Virus record (IMG/VR): IMGVR_UViG_3300023174_000102
Span: 1 to 64,000 of that record
Origin: a virus
Reading direction: 5' to 3' (one strand)
DNA: 64,000 nucleotides
In this document: positions 19,098 through 30,000 of the stretch, piece by piece
Layout of the letters: each line of letters opens with the position of its first letter
Position numbering within the stretch: position 1 is the stretch's first letter
The notes under the pieces: model-generated
Seen by the model: the letters and a program-made list of their open reading frames with translations, nothing else
Told to the model about the DNA's origin: nothing
Databases searched by the model: none
Program-made: the position numbers and the translations under genes

Positions 19098-19577
19098 ATG
19101 GAAAATGTAAATGAAAATCCAGTAGCAGAAGAAGTTGTCGTTGAAGCACCAGTTGTTGAAGAAGCGCCAGTTGTTGAAGCACCAGTTGTTGAGGCACCAG
19201 TCGTTGAAGCACCAGTTGTTGAGCAAGTACCAGCAGAACCTGTAATTGAAGCAGCACCAGCACCAGCACACGATGCAATTGGTGCACCAGCATATAGCAA
19301 TAACTCTGAAGAGATTCCAGCACTAGGTGCTGTAAACAATGGAGTTATGGGAACTACTTCTGTTCCAAAGCCAGAACCACGCTCATTTGAAAAGCCAAAG
19401 GTAGAAGACTCAGTTGAGAAGGTAGCAATACACTCAACCAAGAACGTTTCTTGGCAGGGCGTAGGAAAGGTTTCTAGAGGATACAACATTGTAACAAAGG
19501 ATGCAGCAGATCAGTGGTTAACACGACCACATATTCGCATAGCAACACCAGAAGAAGTCAAGAAGGCTTTTGGGTAA
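19098..19577 (+). CDS. Hypothetical head-region protein with EAPVV repeats
   Basis: AGGAGG RBS; acidic low-complexity N-terminus, compact C-terminal domain (GYNIVTKDAADQWL...RIATPEEV). Confidence 0.7.
   Translation: MENVNENPVAEEVVVEAPVVEEAPVVEAPVVEAPVVEAPVVEQVPAEPVIEAAPAPAHDAIGAPAYSNNSEEIPALGAVNNGVMGTTSVPKPEPRSFEKPKVEDSVEKVAIHSTKNVSWQGVGKVSRGYNIVTKDAADQWLTRPHIRIATPEEVKKAFG
19143..19223 (+). repeat. 15-nt tandem repeat (GAAGCACCAGTTGTT-like) x5 encoding EAPVV
   Basis: Directly visible in the sequence. Confidence 0.9.
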
Positions 19578-19583
19578 TAATCA

Positions 19584-20492
19584 ATGGAGGTCATGAGAGT
19601 TCCACCTTATCCTATTACAACAACTTGGACATTACCTATACCAAACTATACGTATATCCAGTATGTTGAGGATTTGGTGGACCACTCAGTAATTGAAACT
19701 GAAGTAACATCAGATGCCAACGGTATCGTAGTATACGAACTAGAACTAGATAAAGTTCAGTACGATAGAAAGTTTTATATTAAGTTTTATGATTCAGAGC
19801 ACATTCATACTCTTTACGAAGAAAACCTAGACATAATTAGGCCATATGTTAACGCTAATAAGTTAGCAACAACTGCTTCAGAAATTTCAGAGTATAGAAT
19901 GCTAGAGTTAGTTGCAAGATCAATAATAGATACAATCATTCCAAATGGTTTTTATAACCATAAGCAAATTATTCAAACAACTGGTCAGGGAACAGATTAC
20001 TTCCCACTTTGGTACGACACAAATAAAATTTTACAGGTTTATGAAAATAACAAACTAGTCTACGACGTTGAAACACCAGAATCAAATGAGTATCAGTTTG
20101 TTATAACTTTAGATAATTCTGCAGTTCAGAAATTAATTGTTGATACCTACAACAGAGCAGAACAAGCACCACCAAATATTCCATCTGCAAGAGGAGATCT
20201 TGGCTACTATGGTTTTCAATCAGTTGGATTCCCAGCAGGTTATGACTATACCTTTATTGTTGATACAGGATATAAGACAATTCCTACAGATGTTGAGTAT
20301 GCTACACAAGTGTTAATAGAAGATATTAAGTGTGGAAAGTTAGACTACTATAAGAGATTTATAACATCATATAACACAGATCAATTTAGAATTCAGTTTG
20401 ATAAGTCCATGTTTGGAGGAACTGGCAATCTTTTGGTTGATAAGATTTTAGATAAGTATGCAAATACTATTCTTAAGCCAGGGCTAATTTAA
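19584..20492 (+). CDS. Head-to-tail adaptor
   Basis: ARSIID and GYKTIPTDVEYATQVLI...GTGNLLVDKILDKY connector-like motifs; synteny. Confidence 0.7.
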   Translation: MEVMRVPPYPITTTWTLPIPNYTYIQYVEDLVDHSVIETEVTSDANGIVVYELELDKVQYDRKFYIKFYDSEHIHTLYEENLDIIRPYVNANKLATTASEISEYRMLELVARSIIDTIIPNGFYNHKQIIQTTGQGTDYFPLWYDTNKILQVYENNKLVYDVETPESNEYQFVITLDNSAVQKLIVDTYNRAEQAPPNIPSARGDLGYYGFQSVGFPAGYDYTFIVDTGYKTIPTDVEYATQVLIEDIKCGKLDYYKRFITSYNTDQFRIQFDKSMFGGTGNLLVDKILDKYANTILKPGLI

Positions 20493-20938
20493 TGATATGC
20501 GAAGCAACAGACTTTATGTTTCCTATGCAGGGATCTGTCTATTACCCAATAGTTGAGCAGGGAGACTTTGGAGCAATTAAAAAAAGATGGGTACTAGATA
20601 AAACCTTTGCTTGCATATTTTCATCTGGAGGTTCTGCCTTTAAAGAAGAAGTTAAGCCTAATGTTAACATAACACAAAATTCAATTCTTGTTGGAAGGTT
20701 AAAATCAGACATAAGGATTTCTTCTCTTGATAGCAAAAATTCTTTAACTAATATACTTTTAACAGATATTAAAGACAAAGAAGGAAACCTAGTCTACATG
20801 GAAACATCTGGACCAAGATCTGGAAAAGGAACGTTGTTTGAGATTGCAACATATGAACCATTTGTGGGACCTTTTGGAACAGTTGAATTTTATAAAGTTG
20901 TAATAAGAAGATCTGAAAATCAAGCAGGTGATGTATGA
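20492..20938 (+). CDS. Head-to-tail stopper/closure protein
   Basis: Size and synteny between adaptor and neck genes. Confidence 0.55.
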   Translation: MICEATDFMFPMQGSVYYPIVEQGDFGAIKKRWVLDKTFACIFSSGGSAFKEEVKPNVNITQNSILVGRLKSDIRISSLDSKNSLTNILLTDIKDKEGNLVYMETSGPRSGKGTLFEIATYEPFVGPFGTVEFYKVVIRRSENQAGDV

Positions 20939-21609
20939 AAGCAGTATTTAATTCTAATCAATTTAAAAAAGAAATGAACAACATTGTTGATTACTCCATT
21001 GGATTTTTAGACGGAGTACAAAAAGGTAAGACAGTATTTTTAAAAACTCTTGGAATGGAAACTGTTCAAGTTATGAAAGAGTTTGTAGATTCAAATGCAA
21101 GAATTAATCCTCAAATGCTTCATCATATATATGAATGGAATCAAACAGGAAGTCCAAGTGCAAGACTATACGATATATCATACACAACAAGCAATTTAGG
21201 TCTATCATTTAAGTCTTCATTTACTCAATCAACATCAATAAAGAATGGATCAAGAACTCCATTTTATGATAAGGCAAGAATTATGGAGGAGGGAATTCCA
21301 GTCACAATCAGACCAAAGGTTGCACAGGTTTTGGCATTTGATGAAAACGGAGAAACAGTATTTACAAAAGGTCCAGTAAAAGTTGACAACCCTGGAGGGT
21401 CAGAAGTTCAAGGTGGTTTTGAAAAAACACTTGATATGTTTTTTAATAGATATTTTTCACAAGCATTTTTGAGGTCTAGTGGAGTCGCAAGATATCTTGA
21501 AAATCCAGAAGTATATAGAAAAGACATGAATGCTGGAAAGTCACTTGGTAGATCCAAGGGTATGTTAACAGGATATCGTTGGATTGCTAATGCGGGGGTA
21601 AATGCATAA
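20935..21609 (+). CDS. Neck/tail completion protein
   Basis: Synteny; LHHIYEW and KARIMEEG motifs. Confidence 0.5.
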   Translation: MKAVFNSNQFKKEMNNIVDYSIGFLDGVQKGKTVFLKTLGMETVQVMKEFVDSNARINPQMLHHIYEWNQTGSPSARLYDISYTTSNLGLSFKSSFTQSTSIKNGSRTPFYDKARIMEEGIPVTIRPKVAQVLAFDENGETVFTKGPVKVDNPGGSEVQGGFEKTLDMFFNRYFSQAFLRSSGVARYLENPEVYRKDMNAGKSLGRSKGMLTGYRWIANAGVNA

Positions 21610-22187
21610 TGGCTAATATTCATCATCCACCAACAATTATTAATAAGTATTTGGCAGCAAAAATAGACCCTAATTTTGAGTTAGATATGGATAGTCTTAC
21701 TTTGTCAGATCCACCGTTACAAGGAACAAGGACAGTTGGAACAACATATTTTTTCCCAACACTTCCAACAGATATTGAAAACCTTACTACAACTTTTCCT
21801 CAGAGCAATGAGGTTTTTGCTGTATATGACAGAATGTTTAAAATGAGAAGAACCCCATTTCCATACATTAAGTGTGAGCAACTGTTGTACTACTTTTATG
21901 CAGTGGGAGAAAATGCAACAACAAAGATGGTTATAACTCAGCAACAAATAAGCGATTTGCTTGACCGTGGTGATGACTCAGCAAAAGACCTTAACGAGTG
22001 GGCAGCAGCAAATCAGGGTGCTTGGGAAGATGAGTCTAAACAATGCTTTTTTCATAACTTTAAAATTTATCAACTTGAAGAGACCAGAGACATTATAGAC
22101 TTTGGCACAGCCCGTACTTATGCGGGGAATAAGATCATCATAGATTATGACTGGCATCCCGTATGGCCAGACTCATTAAACCCATAA
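21609..22187 (+). CDS. Tail terminator-like protein
   Basis: Immediately upstream of the major tail gene; size. Confidence 0.5.
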   Translation: MANIHHPPTIINKYLAAKIDPNFELDMDSLTLSDPPLQGTRTVGTTYFFPTLPTDIENLTTTFPQSNEVFAVYDRMFKMRRTPFPYIKCEQLLYYFYAVGENATTKMVITQQQISDLLDRGDDSAKDLNEWAAANQGAWEDESKQCFFHNFKIYQLEETRDIIDFGTARTYAGNKIIIDYDWHPVWPDSLNP

Positions 22188-22252
22188 TAAACGGCCTGTA
22201 TAATTAAGATGAGGAAACAACCCCCTTTTAATAAAATGAAAGAGGTGAAAAT

Positions 22253-22912
22253 ATGGCATACAGCCGTGGTTCAAGTAGTAACATCATCGTAGGTGCAGCA
22301 GCACTTTTTACATATGATGCAGGTCCAATCGGATACAACTCACAGACTGGCAAGGTAACTGATGCTCAAGCAGTAACAGACCTTCCATCTTTTACAGCAT
22401 CCGCAACATCTTATAAGAGTACTTTGACAGATCGTGACGAAGACTTTACAAATATAGGATACACATCAAATGGTTTGGAACTTGCGTTTCAGCCAGATTT
22501 TGGTGAGGTTGCAGTAGATCAACTTCTAGACGTTGCTCGTTTATTCAAGCAAGGTATGACAGTTAATCTAAATACATCTTTTGCAGAGGCAACACTAGAA
22601 AACCTTCTAGTAGCAATTGCAGGAAGTGACACAGATCTAGCATCAGCAGACGAAGTTTCAACACTTCGCATGTCTGCTGGAGATATTGGCGACGTTCCAC
22701 TAGAGCGTGGTCTTGTAGCAGTAGGTCCAGGTTCTGGTTCTGCTCTAGATCCAAAGGAAAGAATTTATGTTGCATACCGTGCACTCTCAATTGAGAATGT
22801 TACAGTAGCAGCAAAGCGTGATGAAGCAACAATGTTTGAAGTTTCATTCCGTCTTCTTCCAAATGATGATGCGTCTTACGGTAAGATCGTAGACCGCTCA
22901 CTATCAGCATAA
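22253..22912 (+). CDS. Major tail (tube) protein
   Basis: NIIVGAA, IGYTSNGLEL, EVAVDQL, FAEATLENL, FEVSFRLLP siphovirus tube motifs; GAGGTG RBS. Confidence 0.85.
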   Translation: MAYSRGSSSNIIVGAAALFTYDAGPIGYNSQTGKVTDAQAVTDLPSFTASATSYKSTLTDRDEDFTNIGYTSNGLELAFQPDFGEVAVDQLLDVARLFKQGMTVNLNTSFAEATLENLLVAIAGSDTDLASADEVSTLRMSAGDIGDVPLERGLVAVGPGSGSALDPKERIYVAYRALSIENVTVAAKRDEATMFEVSFRLLPNDDASYGKIVDRSLSA

Positions 22913-22927
22913 TACAACTTAATATAC

Positions 22928-22964
22928 GAGAGGCTCAATTCTTCGGGATTGGGCCTTTCTTTTT
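22928..22964 (+). terminator. Rho-independent terminator with C(UUCG)G tetraloop
   Basis: GAGAGGCTCAATT-CTTCGG-GATTGGGCCTTTC followed by a T run. Confidence 0.88.
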
Positions 22965-22978
22965 GGTATACTTGTATA

Positions 22979-23656
22979 ATGGCAACAAGAATTTATGATA
23001 AAAAACAGTTTAGTCTTGTAGATGGAACTAAAATTTATGCTACCCCATTAAAAATAAAATATCTTAGAGAATTTTTAGAAGAATTCGATGCAATCAAAAA
23101 AGCAAAAACAGATGATGAATCAATATCTGTTTTAGTTAACTGTGCATTAATTTGTATGCAACAGTATGCTCCACATATTCAAACTGTAGAAGATTTAGAA
23201 GATAACCTAGATCTTCCAACGATCTATGAGGTAATAGATATTGCAGCAGGTATCAAGATTAACGAAAAATCTGATGATACCGTAAAATCTCAAGCAGTTG
23301 ATAGCGGTTCATCTTGGGAAACTTTAGACCTAGCAAAACTAGAATCAGAAGCATTTCTTCTTGGAATCTGGAGAGATTACGAGGAACTAGAACAATCTTT
23401 GTCTATGGCAGAATTAACTGCAACAATAAAAATAAAAAGAGAATTAGATTATAGCGATAAAAAGTTTGCTGCAGCGATGCAGGGTGTAGATTTAGATAAG
23501 AATTCTGGAAGTGGTAATGCATGGGAAGATATGAAGGCCAAAGTTTTTAGCAAGGGTGCAGCAACTAGTGGAAATGATATTCTAGCCTTACAAGGTAAAA
23601 ATGCTGAAAAGGCTGGTTTTGGAATAGGAATGGGCCTTGACTATGAATCATATTAA
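22979..23656 (+). CDS. Tail assembly chaperone, long (G+T-like) form; probably leaderless
   Basis: N-terminal ~95 aa paralogous to 23715..24038, plus a C-terminal extension (LDLAKLESEAFLLGIWRDYEELEQSLS); TGGTATACT 6 nt before ATG 22979. Confidence 0.75.
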   Translation: MATRIYDKKQFSLVDGTKIYATPLKIKYLREFLEEFDAIKKAKTDDESISVLVNCALICMQQYAPHIQTVEDLEDNLDLPTIYEVIDIAAGIKINEKSDDTVKSQAVDSGSSWETLDLAKLESEAFLLGIWRDYEELEQSLSMAELTATIKIKRELDYSDKKFAAAMQGVDLDKNSGSGNAWEDMKAKVFSKGAATSGNDILALQGKNAEKAGFGIGMGLDYESY

Positions 23657-23679
23657 TATTAAAAAATAAGCCTGTGCTA

Positions 23680-23688
23680 TGGTATAAT
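23680..23688 (+). promoter_or_regulatory. Extended -10 promoter element (TGGTATAAT)
   Basis: Intergenic, upstream of TAAGGAGG RBS of 23715. Confidence 0.6.
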
Positions 23689-23714
23689 TGACTAAACCTT
23701 ATAAGGAGGAATAA

Positions 23715-24038
23715 ATGGCAACCGCCACTGAAGAAAAGACAGTAACTTTGATCGACGGAACAAAGATCAAGGTAAGACCACTAAAGATATCACTACTTCG
23801 TCCATTTATGAAGAAGTTTGAGGATATTGCAAAGGTAGCAGAAGATAACGAGAAGTCAATGGATTTACTTATTGACTGTGTTCAAATTGCAATGAAACAA
23901 TACAAGCCAGAGTTGGCAGAAGATAAGGAAGCCCTAGAAGAAAATCTAGACCTTCCAACAGTATACAAGATTGTTGAAGAGGCATCTGGAATTAGACTTT
24001 CAGACGCTTCACTACTTGGCAACCTTGTAAATAACTAA
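23715..24038 (+). CDS. Tail assembly chaperone, short (G-like) form
   Basis: Between major tail and tape measure genes; DGTKIKVRPLKI...LEENLDLPTVYKIVE; strong RBS. Confidence 0.8.
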   Translation: MATATEEKTVTLIDGTKIKVRPLKISLLRPFMKKFEDIAKVAEDNEKSMDLLIDCVQIAMKQYKPELAEDKEALEENLDLPTVYKIVEEASGIRLSDASLLGNLVNN

Positions 24039-24055
24039 ATAAGAGGTGTTAATGG

Positions 24056-27000
24056 ATGGCTGATGTTCAATCCAATATTAATGTAAATATTGATACGTCT
24101 GATGCTTTAGCAAGTCTAAAACTTCTGCAACGTCAAATATCAGCCTTCCATACACAAATGGCCAAGTCTGGTACTGCAGCAAATGCGGTAGCAGCAAATC
24201 AAGCACAAAACTTGATGAACAGCATAAATGCAACTGGCAAGTTCCAGGCATCTATGCGATCAGTAAAAACAAGTACAGAGTCGTTTACAGACGCATTAGA
24301 AAAAAATAAACTAACATCAAGAGAATATTTTAGATACACTGGCGCAGCCACAAAAACTTTTGGTAGACTATTCAAGTCTGAGTTTGACACAATAAGCAAG
24401 GTAGCACGAGAGCGTGTTAAGGATGTACAGACCCAATATATTAAGATGGGTCGAGGAGCAAACGGTGCTCTCCAAGCAATTGCTGTAAGACCTCTAACCT
24501 TAGATATGAAAAACCTTGGCACACAAACAGCCATGGCAGCACAAAAACAACAACTTTTAAATCAGTTATTAAAGCAAGGTTCGACCAATCTTTTAAACTT
24601 TGGTAAGAATACACAATGGGCTGGCCGTCAGTTGATGGTTGGTTTTACAGTTCCACTTACAATGCTTGGAACAGCAGCAGCAAAAACATTCATGGCGATG
24701 GAAGAGCAGGCCATTAGATTTAAGCGTGTTTATGGAGACATGTTTACAACAAAAGAACAAACAGATGAGATGGTCAGCCAGATACAGACACTGGCAAGAG
24801 AGTACACAAAGTATGGCGTTGCAGTAGAAGAAACAATGAAGATGGCAGCAGATGCTGCAGCAATGGGTAAGGTAGGATCAGAACTAACTGCACAGGTTTC
24901 TCAAGCAACAAGACTTGCTGTTCTTGGCGGTGTTGAGCAAGCACAGGCATTAGAAACAACAATATCAATTACAAATGCTTTTGGTGTTGCTGCAGAAGAT
25001 TTAACAAAAAAGATTGACTTCCTTAACGCAGTTGAAAACCAAACTGTTGTATCTATTGAAGATTTAACAATTGCAATTCCAAAAGCAGGCCCAGTTGTTC
25101 AACAACTTGGAGGAGATGTAGAAGATCTTGCATTTTTCTTAACAGCAATGAAGGAAGGTGGAATCAATGCATCAGAAGGTGCTAACGCACTTAAGTCAGG
25201 TCTTGCATCATTAATTAATCCATCTGACAAAGCATCTAAAATGCTTGCAGGCCTTGGTATTAATATAAAGGGAATTGTAGAAGCAAACAAAGGAGATGTT
25301 AAATCAACAGTAATTGATTTTGCAAAAGCCCTTGATACGCTAGATCCACTCAATCGTGCAAGAGCAATTGAGCAATTATTTGGTAAGTTTCAGTTCTCTC
25401 GTTTGTCAACACTATTTCAAAATGTAACTGCCGAAGGTACACAAGCATCACGAGTCTTAGAGTTAACAAGGGCAACAACAGAAGAGTTAGCAATTTTATC
25501 TGAGCGAGAACTAGGTAAGATAGAAGAGACAACAACATATAAGTTTAAAAAGTCAATTGAGGATTTAAAGGTAACTCTTGCTCCAGTAGGAGAGCAGTTC
25601 TTAAAAGCATTAACACCAATTGTTGAGTTTGCTTCAAAGATTTTAGATAAGTTTAATGATCTTGGGGATGGAAGCAAAAAGTTTATAACAATTCTTACCT
25701 TAGCACTTGGTGCAGTCGGACCATTGGCTCTTATGTCTTTCGGTTTGCTTGCCAATGGTATTGCAAATATAATTAAATTATTTACAACGTTACGAGGCGG
25801 ATTTCAAAAGGCAGGATCCTCTACACAGATTCTTGGAGAGCAGACTAACTATCTAACTAAACAGCAACTTGAAGCATCTGCTGTTGCAGCATCTTTAGAC
25901 CAGGTTCATCAAAAACTTAGACAAACATTTACATCTGAAGCATCAGCCGTTGGAGCATTGGCATTAGCATACCAAAGAGCCTTATCAGCACAGCAAGCAT
26001 TTGGAATGCCAATAGGAATGCGACCTGGAGCAGTTGCTAAAAAGTTTGCAGGAGGAGGAATTGTTTTTGGTCCTGGAGGACCAACCTCAGATTCAGTTCC
26101 AATTATGGCATCAAATGGTGAGGCTATTATATCTGCAGGAATTGTTAAGAAGTACCCTGGTCTTGTAAATGGATTAATAGCAGGAAATATTCCTGGATAT
26201 AAGAATGCTGGAATTGTTGGCTCTAAATCTGTAAAATTTGGTGGAAGCGATTATTCTTTGCCTGCAGGATCACAAACAATAAAAGCAATCCAAGCAAAAG
26301 TTGATAGCAGCATTGGCACAGTAGATGACATAATTGCTCAAGCATTAAAGAACCTTGCATCAGAAACTAAAATAAGCACGAAGATGTTTGTTAAAGAAGT
26401 TAGAAGTATTGCTCAAGCAGAAGGCAGAAGAGTTGCAGATTTAGGCAAAGAGTTTGCATCCAAGTCAGAAAAAAGAGTTGGTGGAGGAGGCGCATATGCT
26501 GCACCTAAATCACTAGGAAGTCCTGCAGATCAACTAAGAAGAGAACGTGGCGCAGTTGCAGCAGCAGCAGAGATGGCACCAGCAAGAGCGTCTGCAAAAG
26601 CAATAAGACGCACAATGGAAAAGTATGGAGCAACACAGTCACAAATTGCTAATGCAACACAGATCGATAGGTCACACACTGTTGCTGTTTCAAAAGAACA
26701 AAAGGGTGTAAAGACAGGAATAAAGACTGGGATGAAGTCACCAGCCTGGAACAGTGCAGTATGGACTCCGCAAACTGGTGCAGAAAATAATTCTATTCTT
26801 GAAAGCCTTAAAAAATCTGAAAAGTATAGAAAAGTATATCAAGAGTACTTAGTAAAAACTGGTGCAACAGAAAAACAGATTGCATCTATCATGTCAAATG
26901 TAAATAATGGCGTTGCATTAACAGAAGAGCAATTGAGTATTCAAGGAAAAGCACTTAGAAAAATTGCAGCAGACTCACAAACAAATGCTGCAATTGAAAA

Positions 27001-30000
27001 GCAAACAAGTAAAAACTTTATAATGTATGCAGACGCAGTTGGTCAGGGGGCACTTGCTAGAGAAAAGGTTCTTGCAAGACAGCCAAAGCAACTAAGAGAT
27101 TTAACAGTAAGAAATCAAGAAGCAATACAGGCAATTGCAAATGAGTTACCAAATGCAGCAGCCCTAGCACTACAAACTAAGTCTCCATCACGAAAGATGC
27201 GTAAGGTAGGACAAGATGCAGGGGCTGGATTAGTTCTTGGAGCAAGAGAGTATATTGATGATGCAAAGGCAACAGGACAAGCACTTGGTGCAGCAACAGT
27301 TCAGGGATCGCAGTCAAAGGCTGCAGCATCAAGAACAGCGCTATACGGCACGGGACCAATCGATGCTAATCAAAAGTCAATAAGAAGACAACTACAGTTA
27401 CAGCAAAAGAGAAGTGCACTTGCTCAAAAGTCTGCATACCCAGCATCAGTAATTACAGCAGGATCAGCAGATTCTGCTAAAAAGCAAACACTATCTTCAA
27501 GAATGTCTTCAGTTTCTCAAAAGATAAAAGATAGAAGAGCAGAAAGAAAAGAGGCTGGAAAGAGCATGGGTGCAGGTGGCAAGATGATGGCTGCCTCTGG
27601 TGTCATGATGGCTGCTTCTATGATTCCTGGTCAAGTTGGAGATACCGCTCAAAAACTAATGATGCCTATGATGGCATTAACAGCGGTGATGCCATTGCTA
27701 ACAAGTGCAGTTGGAATTGCTGGTGTTGCTATTGGAGCAGTTGCTGCAACATTATATTATTTTAATCAAAACATAAAGAAGGCCAGAGAAGAAGGAATTG
27801 CTCTTGCAAATGCAATGTCAATGGGAACTAACAAGATTAAAGAACTATCACTTGTTACTGGCAAGGTTTCTGCATCAGAAGCAGCAAAAAGAAAAAGAGA
27901 AACAGTGGTTGCTGGAACATCAGAACAACAAAGACGATCTGGTCAAACAATTTTGCAAAGTGGTTTTGGAAAAACACTTATGTCAGATATCAATACTCAG
28001 GCAAAACAGGGAATGGGTACAGAAGCAATTGGCAAAAATATTTCAACAAACCTTGCTCAAGCAATTATGCAAGGTATTATTACAACAGACCAAGCAAAGA
28101 GTATTGCTTCTGCACTAGGTGAGCAACTGGGTGATTACTCAATCCCAGCAACAATTACTGGAGATCTAGTACAACTTTTAGGTCCAAATGGGGAAAATCT
28201 ATATACAGATCCATTATCAGTGGCACTGACTATTAAAGCCAACACAATGCAAAATGTTCAAGATGCTTTTAGTCAGGCAGTTACTGGAGCAAACGCTGAT
28301 GCAGTTTATAAGTCAATGCCATGGTGGAAAAAAGCGTTTGATGGAGTTGCAGCAGGAATCGCTCCAAATCTTATGCCATTTTCTAACAATGCAGTAGGTG
28401 CAGCAAATGCAAAATTAGATGCAGCAGCAGTTCAAACTGGAGCAATGGCAATTCAACAAAATCAAGCACAAATAGATGCACTAAATAAGCAATATGAAAT
28501 AAAAAAGCAAAATGCAAAAACTGATAAGGAAGCATTAGCCCTTGAGGATGAAAGAAAAGCAAAGGTTGAAAGTTTAAATAGAGCAAACAAACAAAGTCTT
28601 GATGAGGTAAAAACTTTGTCTAAGAGTCTTTCTGGAAAAGAGTTCACAGCAGCAATTAATACATCTATAGATGCTTTGTATAAAGATGCTCCAGAGGCTA
28701 TTAAAACTTTTGTTTCGCAAGCAAAAGATCAACTTGGGACACTTCAAGACACACCGTTTAAGAAAACAATTCAATTAGGTTTTGCTTCTGGAGATTTAAA
28801 TGCAAGCACAGTTTCAAAAATTGTAGCAGCAAGTGCTGAAGATAAAGATTTTTCAAGCAGAATTAATCTTTTGATAGAGCAGCAGGGATTTGCAAATACA
28901 GATATGATTATGCAACTTCTTTCTAAAACAGGAGCAAAAGCATCAACAATAAGCGTAATGTTAAATTATGTAAATACAAACAAAGAGTCATTTGATACAG
29001 ATTTAAATGCAGTTGAGGCTTTATCTAGATTTAAAGACCAGTATGGAATTACTTTAGATCTAAAAACAAATGGTGTAAAGCAAATGCAGATTGCTTCTGC
29101 AGCACTCACAGCAATTGCTCCGCTACCAGAAAAATTAGATTTTGCATTAATTACAAAACTTGCAGGAGAAGACCCAGCGACTTTTGCTGGCGTAAAAGCA
29201 GACTGGGCAGCACTTTCTGAAGGAAAAGATACAATAAATAAAAACTTAGTTGTAAACTATTTAGTTGGAAAGGCTGACCCAAATGTTGTTAATGCAGCAA
29301 ATAATGAATTTAGGGGCAAAGGTCTTTCTGAGAGCACTGGTGTTGCAACATATATTGCAAAGGGTTTTATAACTCCACCAGCAAAAACTTTTGACAAGCC
29401 TACTAATACTAATGACAATAAGGGAATAGATTCATCACCACTAGATGACCTGGTTAAAAGATTAAGAGATGTGAGAAAAAATCAGATCAAGGTTACAGAA
29501 GGATTTGAAGCATCTTCAAAAGCATTAAATAAATTATTTGGTGGAAATAAAACTTTAAAAATATTTAGCGGTATTGAAAATGACATGAGAAAACTAGGTG
29601 CAGGAGAAGACCTTATTGATCTCATTGTTGGAATGGATCCAAAAGATTATGAGAAACAAAAGAATAAGTTATTTAAGTTTGATGAAAAGGGCAATATATC
29701 AGGAATAAAAGATACTGCAAAAAGCATACAGGATGCAATTCAGTCCATTAAACTTGGAGAGTTCGTAAGTGAGCAAGAAAGGATGGCAAGACAAATTGGA
29801 GACCAAACTACAGCGTTAACCAGACTCAAGGCTGCTGGCGTTGAAGGCTCTATTGCTTTAGAGGCTGTGGCAGATGCAACCTTTGCAGCAGCAATTGCAA
29901 ACAAAAAATTAGATGATGGTCAAATAAAAAAGATTGTAAATGCCTGGAGAGAAGCAACAATACAAAAGAAAAATTATGCTGCTGTTGAGGCTATTCAGTC

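Noticed and set aside
23990-24056. Programmed -1 frameshift in the short tail chaperone
   Set aside because: No clear slippery heptamer near its end and no room for a T ORF before the tape measure
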